DNA of 64,000 nucleotides, taken from NCBI GenBank assembly GCA_017460175.1, contig JAFUBO010000004.1, positions 23,592 through 87,591 on the forward strand, written 5' to 3'. The notes under the pieces were generated by a model. The model was not told the DNA's origin. It searched no databases and was given only the letters and a program-made list of their open reading frames with translations. Both the position numbers and the translations under genes were made by a program. The stretch comes from Bacilli bacterium (GTDB taxonomy: Bacteria > Bacillota_I > Bacilli_A > RF39 > UBA660). Positions 48,433 through 58,381 of the stretch are shown one piece after another; the stretch's first letter is position 1; every line of letters begins with the position of its first letter.

Positions 48433-49175
48433 AATTCATCCTCCACTTCAAGCATATTTTTCCAATACTTCTTAGGCATAAAGTTTTGTCTACATCTTTT
48501 GTTTTCTCTTTCTTTAATACCTATTGTTTTATAGAATGTTTTCCATAAATCTTCTATTAAGTCTTCATTATCTTTTTCTAGATTCAAACTTATTACTTCT
48601 TCATCAGTTAAATAAATTACTTTTTCTTTATCATATATAGCATATATTCCTCTTTTAGTATCATGAATTATCCAGTTATCACTCATTAATCTTTTACTAA
48701 AATGACTAGCAAGTATACCTATAACATTATTATTAGACTCAAATTTAGCATAATAAAAATTATTTTTCATTTTACTGAATCTTAAAAAACCTTTTAATTT
48801 ATGTGCTTCTCCCCTAACGTATTTAGATATTTGAATTGATTCATTTACACAATCTATATTTCTTCTTCCAAATACTGTTTTTCCATATTTAAAATAACTT
48901 TTTAAGAAATTATAAATAATAATTTCTTTATTTTTATTATCTGATAAGAATACATTATATATACAATATAATGCTTCTCTACTAATTTTATTTTTTAGAA
49001 GTTTAATGTTTTCTTGTTCATTTTCTACTTTTAAATATATTTCAGTATCAAATAAACCTAAGTCATATGAATTTATTAGTTTTATATCATCAGGTGTTAT
49101 TTTATTTTTAAATAATTCTACTACTAAAGCAATAAAACTAATAAATCCTCCATCATAAATATATATCTTATTCAT
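48429..49175 (-). CDS. DUF4130-like 'probable DNA metabolism protein' partner of the radical SAM enzyme (TIGR03915-like, assignment by context and size)
   Basis: This 248-aa protein overlaps the rSAM gene by 8 nt upstream and the Cpn60-like gene by 4 nt downstream. I cannot verify family motifs by eye. Confidence 0.45.
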   Translation of the reverse strand: MNKIYIYDGGFISFIALVVELFKNKITPDDIKLINSYDLGLFDTEIYLKVENEQENIKLLKNKISREALYCIYNVFLSDNKNKEIIIYNFLKSYFKYGKTVFGRRNIDCVNESIQISKYVRGEAHKLKGFLRFSKMKNNFYYAKFESNNNVIGILASHFSKRLMSDNWIIHDTKRGIYAIYDKEKVIYLTDEEVISLNLEKDNEDLIEDLWKTFYKTIGIKERENKRCRQNFMPKKYWKNMLEVEDEL

Positions 49176-50388
49176 TGAATAGACTTAATTGAACTCCTTT
49201 ATTAGATACTACTTTATCTTCTAAAACTAAATTAGCTTCTATTATTTTTTTATTAAATATGTTTGTATCAGTAAAATATTTCCCATTACAAGTAATAAAG
49301 TATTTAGCACGTTTTAATGATATATTCATTTTCTTTAAATCATTAAACTCTAATTTATAATACTTTCTATTGGAAACTATCTTTTTAGCGTTTCTAGGAC
49401 CAATTCCTGGGATTTTAAGTAAATCATAGTAGCTCGCAGTATTAATCTCTTTAGGATACTCTTCTAAGTGTCTTAGGGCCCAATCTGCTTTAGGATCTAT
49501 TAAGATATTAAAATTAGGATTATCATGTGATAATAAATCATCTACTTTGTAGTTATAAAATCTAAGTAACCAATCTGCTTGGTATAAACGATTTTCACGA
49601 ACCAGTGGAGGATTCTTAATAGCAGGTAATAGTTTATCTTTGTTAACTGGAATATAAGCTGAATAAAATACTCTTTTTAAAGAATAATTATTATATAAGT
49701 TTTCACTCTTACCAAGAATATCTAAATCAGTTTCACCTGTTGCTCCTACTATCATTTGAGTAGATTGCCCTGCAGGTGTGAAACTTCTACTTCTATTTAC
49801 TTTAATAGTTTTCATGATATTAGTAACTTTATCTTCATTTTTATTAGGAGCAAGTAATTTTAATCCATTACTTGTTGGAAGTTCTATATTAGCACTAACT
49901 CTATCTGCGAGAGTTCCAAGTTTTTTTAACAATACTTCACTAGCACCAGGTATTGCTTTAACATGAATATAACCATTAAAATGATACTTCTTACGTAGTA
50001 AATATAAAGTTTCAATTAATTTCTCCATAGTATAATTAGGAGACTTAATAATACCACTAGATAAAAATAATCCTTCAATATAGTTTCGTTTATAAAAATT
50101 CATTGTAATTTCACATATTTCAACCGGAGTAAATATAGCTCTTTTTACATCATTACTCTTTCTATTTATACAATACTTACAATCAAATATACATGAATTA
50201 GTCATAAGTATTTTTAAAAGTGAGATACAACGGCCATCACTAGCAAAAGAATGGCAAATACCTGAATACGCTGCATTACCAGTACCATTAGTGTTTGACC
50301 TAGTGCTACCACTTGAAGAACATGATGCATCATATTTAGCTGAATCACTTAGTATAATTAACTTCTCTTTTATTGTCATATTATTCAC
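49168..50388 (-). CDS. Radical SAM protein of the putative DNA modification/repair class (TIGR03916-like; SplB/photoproduct-lyase-related)
   Basis: The N-terminal CxxxCxxC 'CIFDCKYC' is preceded by an aromatic/Ser-rich stretch. A C-terminal helix-hairpin-helix 'LLKIPGIGPRNAKKIV' is present. It is 406 aa. Confidence 0.65.
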   Translation of the reverse strand: MNNMTIKEKLIILSDSAKYDASCSSSGSTRSNTNGTGNAAYSGICHSFASDGRCISLLKILMTNSCIFDCKYCINRKSNDVKRAIFTPVEICEITMNFYKRNYIEGLFLSSGIIKSPNYTMEKLIETLYLLRKKYHFNGYIHVKAIPGASEVLLKKLGTLADRVSANIELPTSNGLKLLAPNKNEDKVTNIMKTIKVNRSRSFTPAGQSTQMIVGATGETDLDILGKSENLYNNYSLKRVFYSAYIPVNKDKLLPAIKNPPLVRENRLYQADWLLRFYNYKVDDLLSHDNPNFNILIDPKADWALRHLEEYPKEINTASYYDLLKIPGIGPRNAKKIVSNRKYYKLEFNDLKKMNISLKRAKYFITCNGKYFTDTNIFNKKIIEANLVLEDKVVSNKGVQLSLFNE

Positions 50389-50435
50389 CTAAATATATTA
50401 TACATCTGTTCGATAATATATTTCAAGAATATTTT

Positions 50436-50449
50436 CGAAAAAATGTTCG
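50436..50449. promoter_or_regulatory. Candidate LexA (Cheo) box CGAAAAAATGTTCG upstream of the rSAM operon
   Basis: It matches the Firmicutes LexA consensus CGAACRNRYGTTCG at 12/14 positions (half-sites GAAA / GTTC). It lies ~48 nt upstream of the rSAM start codon. Confidence 0.4.
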
Positions 50450-50452
50450 AAG

Positions 50453-51304
50453 TTATTCTATCATTTTATTATGTTCATATTTATCTAATTCTTTAAGACT
50501 CTTATTGGGTGTTGGTAAATCTTCAGGCATAGTACCACCTATATCAGTAATTGCCTTTCTAACCTTTTTGCCAACTTCATAATGAGTATTACAAGATAAT
50601 CCTTCACTTTTCTTTTTTTGTTTAGTAAGCAAATCTTCTGTTTGAGTTATTCTAAATATATTGGCACCTAATTCTACACTACCCATATTATCTAGTATTT
50701 CTTCTCTATATCTCAATCTTTTTCTTTTAGCTATATCATCAGCAGTTTCTCCATTATATAAACCTTTATATCCGGCATTAGTAAATTTATCAAAGTTTTT
50801 TACTCCTTTTAAACTAGCTATTTTATTCAAAGATTTATTACTTTCTTTTACTTGTTTTCTTCTATATATCCTTTTCTCATATTCGCTCATTAAATCATAA
50901 GATTTTTCTAATAATTCTTGGTGTCGTGTTTGAATTGCAAAATATGTTTGAGCAAGTGCAATTACTTTTTTTCTAGAATCACCATTCATCGCAATTAAGT
51001 AACAAGCATAGCGTGATAGTTTATAATCATCTACTTTTCTTTTGCCACCTTTACCTATGTTTATCAATTTCCCAACCCCGGGAAAATGATCATTGATATC
51101 ATAACCACTATTCTTACAGGTTTCTTTAGCACTATCAATAGTATTGGAAAATCTTTCCCATTTTTTATAGTCTAAAACACCCATCAATTCACGCGCTAAC
51201 CAGTATTCTTTTCTCTCCTCATCAATATGTTTAATACTTTCAAATATAGTATTATTTATTTCTTTTAAATCCATAAAATTCCTCCTTGAGGAAAAACTAT
51301 ACAA
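50453..51304 (-). CDS. dinD: DNA-damage-inducible protein D
   Basis: It is co-linear with E. coli DinD. '(F)WLARELMGVLDYKKWERF' aligns with FWSARELAPLLDYRDWRNF. 'LSRYACYLIAMNGD' aligns with LSRYACYLVVQNGD and 'AQTYFAIQTRHQEL' with GQTYFAIQTRRQEL. 'GANIFRITQTED' and the C-terminal 'IGGTMPEDLPTP' also match. Confidence 0.8.
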   Translation of the reverse strand: MYSFSSRRNFMDLKEINNTIFESIKHIDEERKEYWLARELMGVLDYKKWERFSNTIDSAKETCKNSGYDINDHFPGVGKLINIGKGGKRKVDDYKLSRYACYLIAMNGDSRKKVIALAQTYFAIQTRHQELLEKSYDLMSEYEKRIYRRKQVKESNKSLNKIASLKGVKNFDKFTNAGYKGLYNGETADDIAKRKRLRYREEILDNMGSVELGANIFRITQTEDLLTKQKKKSEGLSCNTHYEVGKKVRKAITDIGGTMPEDLPTPNKSLKELDKYEHNKMIE

Positions 51305-51430
51305 TATTTAAAATTATCATGCAAACCACCATTTATTTAAATTCAAACAAAAAAATAACTGAATTAAATTAATTCACTTTAGTGAATATTTAAAATTCAG
51401 TTATATATTTATATTTAATTATCAAGTTTA

Positions 51431-52615
51431 TTAGTCTCTTGAGAAAATATCTCTAGTATAAATTATATCTTTAACATCATCTAATTCATTATCTACTCTA
51501 TTAACTATAATAGTATCAGAAATATCTTTAAATAGTTTTAAATCATGAATTACTTCAAAATCATTAAAAGTATTATCTTTAATAGTAGGCTCATATATTA
51601 CTATATTTATACCTTGTTCTTTTAATATATTAATAACTCCTTGAATAGCACTAGCTCTAAAGTTATCTGAACCACTCTTCATAGTTAATCTATATACTCC
51701 TACTACTTTAGGATTTTTCTTTAATATCATATCAGCTATATGATGTTTTCTTGTATCATTAGATTTAACTATAGCTTCTATTAAATTTTCAGGTACATCT
51801 TTATAGTTAGCAAGTAATTGTTTAGTATCCTTAGGTAGACAATAACCACCATATCCAAAAGATGGATTATTATAATGAGCACCTATTCTTGGATCTAGAC
51901 ATACTCCATCAATAATATCTTTAGTATTTAGTCCTTTTAATTCAGCATATGTATCTAATTCATTAAAGTAACTTACACGTAAAGCTAAATAAGTATTCGC
52001 AAATAACTTAACTGCTTCAGCTTCTGTAGAATCCATATATTTGATTACTACATCTTCTTTTAGACAAGCATTCTTTAAAAGTTCAGCAAATTCTTTAGCT
52101 CTTTCGCTCTTTTCACCTACTATAATTCTGGATGGATATAAATTATCATATAAAGCTTTACCTTCTCTTAAAAATTCAGGTGAAAACATAATATTATCTA
52201 TATTATATTTTTTCTTCATACTTTCAATAAATCCAACTGGAATAGTAGACTTAACTACCATTGTAGTATCAATACCCATACTAATTACTTTTTCAATTAT
52301 ATCTTCTACACTAGATGTATCAAAATAATTTAATTCATCATCGTAATTAGTAGGCGTACTAATGATTATAAACTTTGCATCACGAAAAGCTTCTTCATAA
52401 TCTAAAGTTGCCCTTAAATTTAAAGTTTTTTCATCAAAATACTTTTCAATATATTCATCTTTAATAGGACTAATACGCTTATTAATCATATTAACCTTCT
52501 CTTCTATTACATCTAAAGCTACTACTTCATTTTCTATACTAAGTAATGTCGCTAAAGACAATCCAACATAACCTGTACCTGCAACTGCTATTTTCATTTT
52601 ATTACTTCCTTTCAA
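51431..52615 (-). CDS. ugd: UDP-glucose 6-dehydrogenase
   Basis: The Rossmann N-terminus '[20 protein letters not shown]' and the catalytic 'GGYCLPKD' are present. It is 394 aa. Confidence 0.85.
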   Translation of the reverse strand: MKGSNKMKIAVAGTGYVGLSLATLLSIENEVVALDVIEEKVNMINKRISPIKDEYIEKYFDEKTLNLRATLDYEEAFRDAKFIIISTPTNYDDELNYFDTSSVEDIIEKVISMGIDTTMVVKSTIPVGFIESMKKKYNIDNIMFSPEFLREGKALYDNLYPSRIIVGEKSERAKEFAELLKNACLKEDVVIKYMDSTEAEAVKLFANTYLALRVSYFNELDTYAELKGLNTKDIIDGVCLDPRIGAHYNNPSFGYGGYCLPKDTKQLLANYKDVPENLIEAIVKSNDTRKHHIADMILKKNPKVVGVYRLTMKSGSDNFRASAIQGVINILKEQGINIVIYEPTIKDNTFNDFEVIHDLKLFKDISDTIIVNRVDNELDDVKDIIYTRDIFSRD

Positions 52616-52749
52616 TCGACTAGATAATTATAACACAAAATAAATAGTTTTCAAGCATAATTAATTACTATTTATAATTTTTTTAATTTTATTTAATTGA
52701 TTGCATAATTAATTTTTATAGATATTTATATCAATTAAAAACATAAATA

Positions 52750-53634
52750 CTATTTTTTAGGTAATTCTAGCAATTTTCCAATTTCATAATCCCATTTTTT
52801 ATCTAAAAAAGGAATAATTCCACCACCTGTAAAAAAGGTCATTTCTCCAAAATAAATTTTTCCATTTATATTATAAAAATCAACTCTAACGTGTGGCATA
52901 TTTTTTGATAATATTTCTGCAAGTTCTTTCATTTTATTAAAATTTTTAGGTTTTTTAGGAACTTGCTCAAAATCCAAATAATCATTTCTTTTAATATTAA
53001 GTTGATTATAATTCATATCAAAAAAAGCTATTTGTTGTTTGTTTGTGTGTGAGTTTTTAGAAACATACATAATTTTGGGAATACCATCAAAACAGAAAAA
53101 TTTATAATCATTTAGTTCTTTATTTGTTTTATCTTCTATATATTCTTCTGCAATTATCCTTGGCTTTACATTTTTATATGGCCATTCTCTACCATGATGA
53201 TAGTAGTTTGTTCTTAATGATTTAGTTATTTTATTCTTTATATCTATAATATTAATTTTTGATTTATCCTTGCAAATAATAACTCCACCAGAATCATGTG
53301 TACATTTCAAAACAAATTGATTTGGCAAATTATCAAAATTTATTTCATCAAAATTATCCCATACACCTAATGTTTTGATTATGTACTCCTTTCCAATTAA
53401 ATCGTGTACATATTTTTTTACTTCATATTTATCTACTAATTTAATATATAAAGGATTTCTATCATATAGTTTTAGCCATTGCATTTTTTCATTAAAAGAT
53501 TTCGGATTTTTTAAATCTAATCTATGACCTGTTTTGACTTTATATAATAATTTTATATATAATTTATCACTTAGAATATTAAGTAAATTTCTCCTCTCTA
53601 ATGCTAAAATTGATTTCTTAAAAAAATCTTTCAT
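52750..53634 (-). CDS. TupA-like ATP-grasp amidoligase family protein (polysaccharide modification)
   Basis: It is a paralog of the next gene. 'KPRIIAEEYIEDKTNKELNDYKFFCFDG' and 'MPHVRVDFYNINGKIYFGEMTF' are the shared signatures. Confidence 0.55.
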   Translation of the reverse strand: MKDFFKKSILALERRNLLNILSDKLYIKLLYKVKTGHRLDLKNPKSFNEKMQWLKLYDRNPLYIKLVDKYEVKKYVHDLIGKEYIIKTLGVWDNFDEINFDNLPNQFVLKCTHDSGGVIICKDKSKINIIDIKNKITKSLRTNYYHHGREWPYKNVKPRIIAEEYIEDKTNKELNDYKFFCFDGIPKIMYVSKNSHTNKQQIAFFDMNYNQLNIKRNDYLDFEQVPKKPKNFNKMKELAEILSKNMPHVRVDFYNINGKIYFGEMTFFTGGGIIPFLDKKWDYEIGKLLELPKK

Positions 53635-53639
53635 ACTGA

Positions 53640-54539
53640 CTACTCACCATCTTTCATATTAGGTAGTTTTAACCATTCTCCAATTTTGTAATCCCATTCA
53701 TCAGGTTCAAAAGGTACAATTCCAGACCAGTGATAAAATGTCATTTCTCCAAAATAAATTTTTCCATTTACATTATAAAAATCAACTCTAACGTGTGGCA
53801 TGTTTTTTGATAATATTTCTGCAAGTTTTTTCATTTTATCATAAGTATTTGGAACTTTTATATCTTGCGGAGAATTTGGATGCCCATTTGTAAAAGGTAA
53901 ATGATTCAATTCATCATCATAAAAATCAAAATATGTATCACCTTTACCTTGTCTGTTTGATGCTATAAATAGCATTTTTACTTTACCATCAAAGCAAAAA
54001 AATTTATAATCTCTCAATTCTTTATCAACTGTATCTTCCATATATTCTTCTGCAATTATTCTTGGTTTTACATTTTTGTAAGGCCATTCTCTACCACCAG
54101 TATAAAAATAGTTTGTTTTTAATGATTTGTTAATTTTTCGTTTTGCGGCTTTAAAATCAAATGTTTCTTTGTTTTTGCAAATGACAATGCCACCAGAATC
54201 ATGAGTACATTTCAATACAAATTTATTTGGTAATGAATCAAAATCTATTTCATCAAATTTATCCCAAACACCTAATGTTGGAATTATATATTGATCACCT
54301 ATTTCTTTAGCTACCAATTCTTTCACTTCATACTTATCGACTAATTTTGTATATATTGGATTTCTATTATACAACTTTAGCCATTGTAATTTTTCATTGT
54401 ATGTTTTTGGGTTGTTTAAATTCAATTTTTTATCTAATTTAACCCAATACATCAATTTTAAGTAATTTTTATCACTTAAAAAATTCAACAATCCTTTTCT
54501 ATTTAAAAAAGAAAAAGTAAATTTAAATATTTTATTCAT
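53640..54539 (-). CDS. TupA-like ATP-grasp amidoligase family protein (second tandem paralog)
   Basis: It is ~55-60% identical by eye to the 52750-53634 product, with the same 'KPRIIAEEYMED...DYKFFCFDG' and 'MPHVRVDFYNVNGKIYFGEMTF' motifs. Confidence 0.55.
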   Translation of the reverse strand: MNKIFKFTFSFLNRKGLLNFLSDKNYLKLMYWVKLDKKLNLNNPKTYNEKLQWLKLYNRNPIYTKLVDKYEVKELVAKEIGDQYIIPTLGVWDKFDEIDFDSLPNKFVLKCTHDSGGIVICKNKETFDFKAAKRKINKSLKTNYFYTGGREWPYKNVKPRIIAEEYMEDTVDKELRDYKFFCFDGKVKMLFIASNRQGKGDTYFDFYDDELNHLPFTNGHPNSPQDIKVPNTYDKMKKLAEILSKNMPHVRVDFYNVNGKIYFGEMTFYHWSGIVPFEPDEWDYKIGEWLKLPNMKDGE

Positions 54540-56065
54540 TCTTGGATTCTCCCATTCTTTTTTTTCATATTTTTTAATATATTTAATGTATTCTTAAAAT
54601 CTTTATTATATATTAACACGTTTGCAATCATAACAATTACTGAGGACATTGTAAATACTTTTAATGCATCTATAACCCATTCCACATAATTTGTTGCCTT
54701 TACAATATTCATATAATAGATTATACCACAGCATAGTACCATTTCAATAATACTAAATATAGCCTTTTTAAATGCTATGCTACTTTTTCTATATAAAACT
54801 TTTTTTGATGTATAAATCATAAATTCAATTGTTCTTATTATCATTGCAACTATTGTACCTATAGTAACACCTATTAAACCAAATTTAAATACAAGTATTA
54901 TTGAAATCACCAAATTAATTATTGCTTCTAAAATAGCACCGTTTCTTGTTTCTTTAAATTTACCAGCGGCTAAAGTAATTGTACTATATGGTAACCTAAT
55001 AGCATGAATATATTCAGCAAATGACATTAATATTGCAAAAACTGGTCTGTAATAATTTACATCTTTTACGTTTCTTGTATATATACATACAAATGAGCTT
55101 AATAACGAAATAGTACATATATAAATTATCGTAATTAATGTATAATATAGAAATTCATAAACACTAAAACTATTATTTAGGTGTTCTTTCTCATCTTTTG
55201 CTATCATATTTCCAAAAGAAGCATCTACGCCATTACTAATTGCTTGTATTAATTTTTTTATTCCATTTATGACTAGATAGTGAACAGAATATACGGAAAC
55301 TTCTAGTACATTGGTAAAAATTGTTAGTATTGTTACATCAGTGTTACCATGTATAACTGCTGCAATATGTTGTGCTAATCCATCCCATTTTTTTTCTATT
55401 TTATAATTTTTATTAGCTTTACGTAAATTAATATTATATTTTTTCTTGACATAAACATTTTGCAAAATTGGTCTTATAACAAAAATTAAACTACTTACTA
55501 GTTTTACAATCAAGATATTTGCATTTAATCTTATTAATACTACTACAAAAATAGTATTTAAAACTGTTGTTAGTATTTGCAACAATGATACTATATATAA
55601 TTTTTGTTCAGCTTGAAGATATATCTTATATGTCATTCCAAAATAGTACTCTGCAAATGTACTAATTGATATTATAATTAATAAAGTTATTGTAAAAATA
55701 TGATTAAAATTAGTAGAAACTAATGTAGGATATATAAATATCAATATTATAATATATACAATAAAAATACGTGCAATTATCTTAAAAAATCTTTCAGTAG
55801 CATATAGTATATTTTCTATTTCTTGCTTGTTTTTTTTGGCTATTGGTTTATACAATAGTGATTTTATTACTGGACTAAAACCTGAATCCAACAAAACTAT
55901 ATATGCCAAAAATTGTGTAATTGATGATATTAAACCATTTACGCTTGATCCAAATTTAGAAATAATCAATCTTGGCACTATTAATCCACATACTATAGTA
56001 ACAGTTTGCTGTATTAATGTATATATAATATTCTTTAACGCCTTTTTACTTCTCACCGTTATCAC
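54536..56065 (-). CDS. wzx: Oligosaccharide flippase (Wzx / polysaccharide biosynthesis protein, MOP superfamily)
   Basis: This 509-aa protein has ~12-14 TM segments. The N-terminal 'KNIIYTLIQQTVTIVCGLIVPRLIISKFGSSVNG' is a typical PST-family start. Confidence 0.65.
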   Translation of the reverse strand: MITVRSKKALKNIIYTLIQQTVTIVCGLIVPRLIISKFGSSVNGLISSITQFLAYIVLLDSGFSPVIKSLLYKPIAKKNKQEIENILYATERFFKIIARIFIVYIIILIFIYPTLVSTNFNHIFTITLLIIISISTFAEYYFGMTYKIYLQAEQKLYIVSLLQILTTVLNTIFVVVLIRLNANILIVKLVSSLIFVIRPILQNVYVKKKYNINLRKANKNYKIEKKWDGLAQHIAAVIHGNTDVTILTIFTNVLEVSVYSVHYLVINGIKKLIQAISNGVDASFGNMIAKDEKEHLNNSFSVYEFLYYTLITIIYICTISLLSSFVCIYTRNVKDVNYYRPVFAILMSFAEYIHAIRLPYSTITLAAGKFKETRNGAILEAIINLVISIILVFKFGLIGVTIGTIVAMIIRTIEFMIYTSKKVLYRKSSIAFKKAIFSIIEMVLCCGIIYYMNIVKATNYVEWVIDALKVFTMSSVIVMIANVLIYNKDFKNTLNILKNMKKKNGRIQE

Positions 56066-56074
56066 TCCATAAAT

Positions 56075-57277
56075 TTATTTTTTTATAATTATATCTTTAT
56101 CTTTTATATTTGTACATATTAGTGATATTGTTAATATTAATAAATATATTTTCATATAATAACTTATTGTTCCATAATCTAGTATTAAGAAGACAATTAA
56201 ATTACATAATCCAAATCTAACAATACTATTGTCTCTATTTTTGTAATTTTTAAAGATTAATACAATTGGATACAAATAATATAGTAAAAATCCAATTATC
56301 CCTGAATTAGATAATAATTCTACATAATTGCAATGACTATAAACAGCACTTATATCCCACATATTTAAGAATTCCGTTTGAGTTGATAACCATATCTTAA
56401 ATCCATCCATACCATTACCAATAACTGGCTTTTGCAAAAATAAATCAATTGCAAATTTAATAAAATATCCTCTTACTTTAGTGCTTGCATCTGAATTTGA
56501 ATTATTTCCAAACATAGATAATATTTTAGTATTAAAAATGTAATTTGCACTACTGTTATATTTTATAATAAAAAGTGCTAATATTCCAATAAATATAAGA
56601 ATGATTATATTTTTTATATTATTTTTTATTCCTTTTTCAAAAATATGCATTATTGCAACAAGCAACAATAAATGAATTATACATTTTCGGGAACCTGTTG
56701 ATAATGATAATATTGATAATAGAATAAATAAAATTATATTTACTTTATTCTTATTTTCATATTTGTATAGGAATAGTGAGAAAAAAGCTGCATAAGCTAG
56801 ATAATATCCTGCAGAATTTCTCCAGATTCCAAGATACTCTCCCATGCTTGTACTTCCCCACGTTGATATTGGTGAAGTCATATAATAAATTATACCCATA
56901 ATAAAAGTTGTGTATGTAAATATTTTTATAAAAGAAAATATTTTTTCTTCTCTATTCATATATTTTACAGCACAATATATTATAATTATCATTTCAAATA
57001 TATTTCTAATTATTGATGATTGTGTATTTGTTGAATTACTGGCCCAAAAAAATGACAAAAGTGTATAACAAAAAAACAATATAAAATATAAGACTATTTT
57101 ATTATTTTTTAATTCATCATTAGTACTATGCTTTTTTGTGTACAAAAGTGTAGCAATTAAAAGTACTATTGTACTTACATAATGCATATATATAAATATT
57201 TTATCAAATACATATATTGTCAGGAAATATAATATCCATAATAAAGATAAAATATTAATTTTTTTCATATTATTCAA
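56075..57277 (-). CDS. O-antigen/polysaccharide polymerase or ligase-like membrane protein (Wzy-type)
   Basis: This 400-aa protein is very hydrophobic with multiple TMs. It carries a ~40-aa periplasmic-loop region typical of Wzy_C proteins ('STGSRKCIIHLLL'). Confidence 0.55.
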   Translation of the reverse strand: MNNMKKINILSLLWILYFLTIYVFDKIFIYMHYVSTIVLLIATLLYTKKHSTNDELKNNKIVLYFILFFCYTLLSFFWASNSTNTQSSIIRNIFEMIIIIYCAVKYMNREEKIFSFIKIFTYTTFIMGIIYYMTSPISTWGSTSMGEYLGIWRNSAGYYLAYAAFFSLFLYKYENKNKVNIILFILLSILSLSTGSRKCIIHLLLLVAIMHIFEKGIKNNIKNIIILIFIGILALFIIKYNSSANYIFNTKILSMFGNNSNSDASTKVRGYFIKFAIDLFLQKPVIGNGMDGFKIWLSTQTEFLNMWDISAVYSHCNYVELLSNSGIIGFLLYYLYPIVLIFKNYKNRDNSIVRFGLCNLIVFLILDYGTISYYMKIYLLILTISLICTNIKDKDIIIKK

Positions 57278-57280
57278 CCC

Positions 57281-58381
57281 CTATCTAATATTATTTATCA
57301 TATCCATAAACTCCTTAATAACTATGTTTTCTGAATAATTATTAATTATTTTTTCTCTTGCTTTTTTACCTATATTTTCTACTTTTGAATGTTCACTTAA
57401 TACTTTTTTTATTTTTAACTCTAAATCATCTAAAGATCCTTCTTCATATAATAATCCAACTTTGTTACTATCTATTAATGTTTTTGGACCTGTTTTACAA
57501 TCACTCGATATACATGGTAGACCAATTGCCATTGCTTCCATCAATGCATTAGGCATACCTTCATATCTGGATGTCATAACAAATAAATCAGAACTAATAA
57601 GTTCTTCCATTATATTATTTGTTCTTTCTTTTAAGAAAACTGTATTGCTTAAATTATATTTTTTTATTAATTCTAATAATTTATTTTTATTAGGGCCATC
57701 ACCAAATATTTTTAATTTTATATTAGGATAAGTGTTTTTTAAATCATATATTGCCCTTATAAGCATCTCATGGTTTTTTTGATTTGTTAATCGACCTACA
57801 CTAATAATATTAGTTATGTTTTTGTTATATATATTTTTCTTATTTTCTATAAATTCTGGTGATATAGGATTGTTTACAACATAAATTTTTTTATTTAATT
57901 GATTATCAAAAAAACTTTTTTGTTCATCATTTTGAACCATAATTGCATCACATTTTCTATTTATGTAATTTCTCATTATCTTATCTATCATTTTTCCTTC
58001 TTCATGCCATGGTGAATCTCTTATTGTTCTTATGAAGTATGCATTTGTAAATCTACTAGCAAGATAAGATACATATAAAATTGTACCAACAAATGGTATG
58101 ATGATATCAGGAGATATTTCTTTTATAATTTTTTTCATATCTGTAATTCGTTTTAATTTTGTAATAATACTATCTTTCCTATGTGGCATATAATGAACAT
58201 TAACTTTGTCATCTATTCTGTAATTATTATTACTTTTTTCATATAATATTATGTGAATATCATAGTTTTGTTTTACTAAACTATTACATAATACAGACAC
58301 TACTCTTTCTGCTCCTCCTCCAGTTAAACTTCGAATTATAAACAATATTCTTTGTTTTTTTATTATTTTCATATCATTCAT
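57281..58381 (-). CDS. Glycosyltransferase family 4 (GT-B, retaining)
   Basis: The N-terminal 'GGGAERVV' and the C-terminal 'EGMPNALMEAMAIGLPCIS' (EX7E-type motif) are present. Confidence 0.75.
   Translation of the reverse strand: MNDMKIIKKQRILFIIRSLTGGGAERVVSVLCNSLVKQNYDIHIILYEKSNNNYRIDDKVNVHYMPHRKDSIITKLKRITDMKKIIKEISPDIIIPFVGTILYVSYLASRFTNAYFIRTIRDSPWHEEGKMIDKIMRNYINRKCDAIMVQNDEQKSFFDNQLNKKIYVVNNPISPEFIENKKNIYNKNITNIISVGRLTNQKNHEMLIRAIYDLKNTYPNIKLKIFGDGPNKNKLLELIKKYNLSNTVFLKERTNNIMEELISSDLFVMTSRYEGMPNALMEAMAIGLPCISSDCKTGPKTLIDSNKVGLLYEEGSLDDLELKIKKVLSEHSKVENIGKKAREKIINNYSENIVIKEFMDMINNIR

Noticed and set aside
50453-51304. dinD plus a ThyA-like gene, Smr and an orphan tRNA island as possible prophage signature
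   Set aside because: There is no integrase, terminase, capsid/portal, recombinase or attachment-site repeats anywhere in the window. The genes are dispersed over 45 kb among housekeeping genes.
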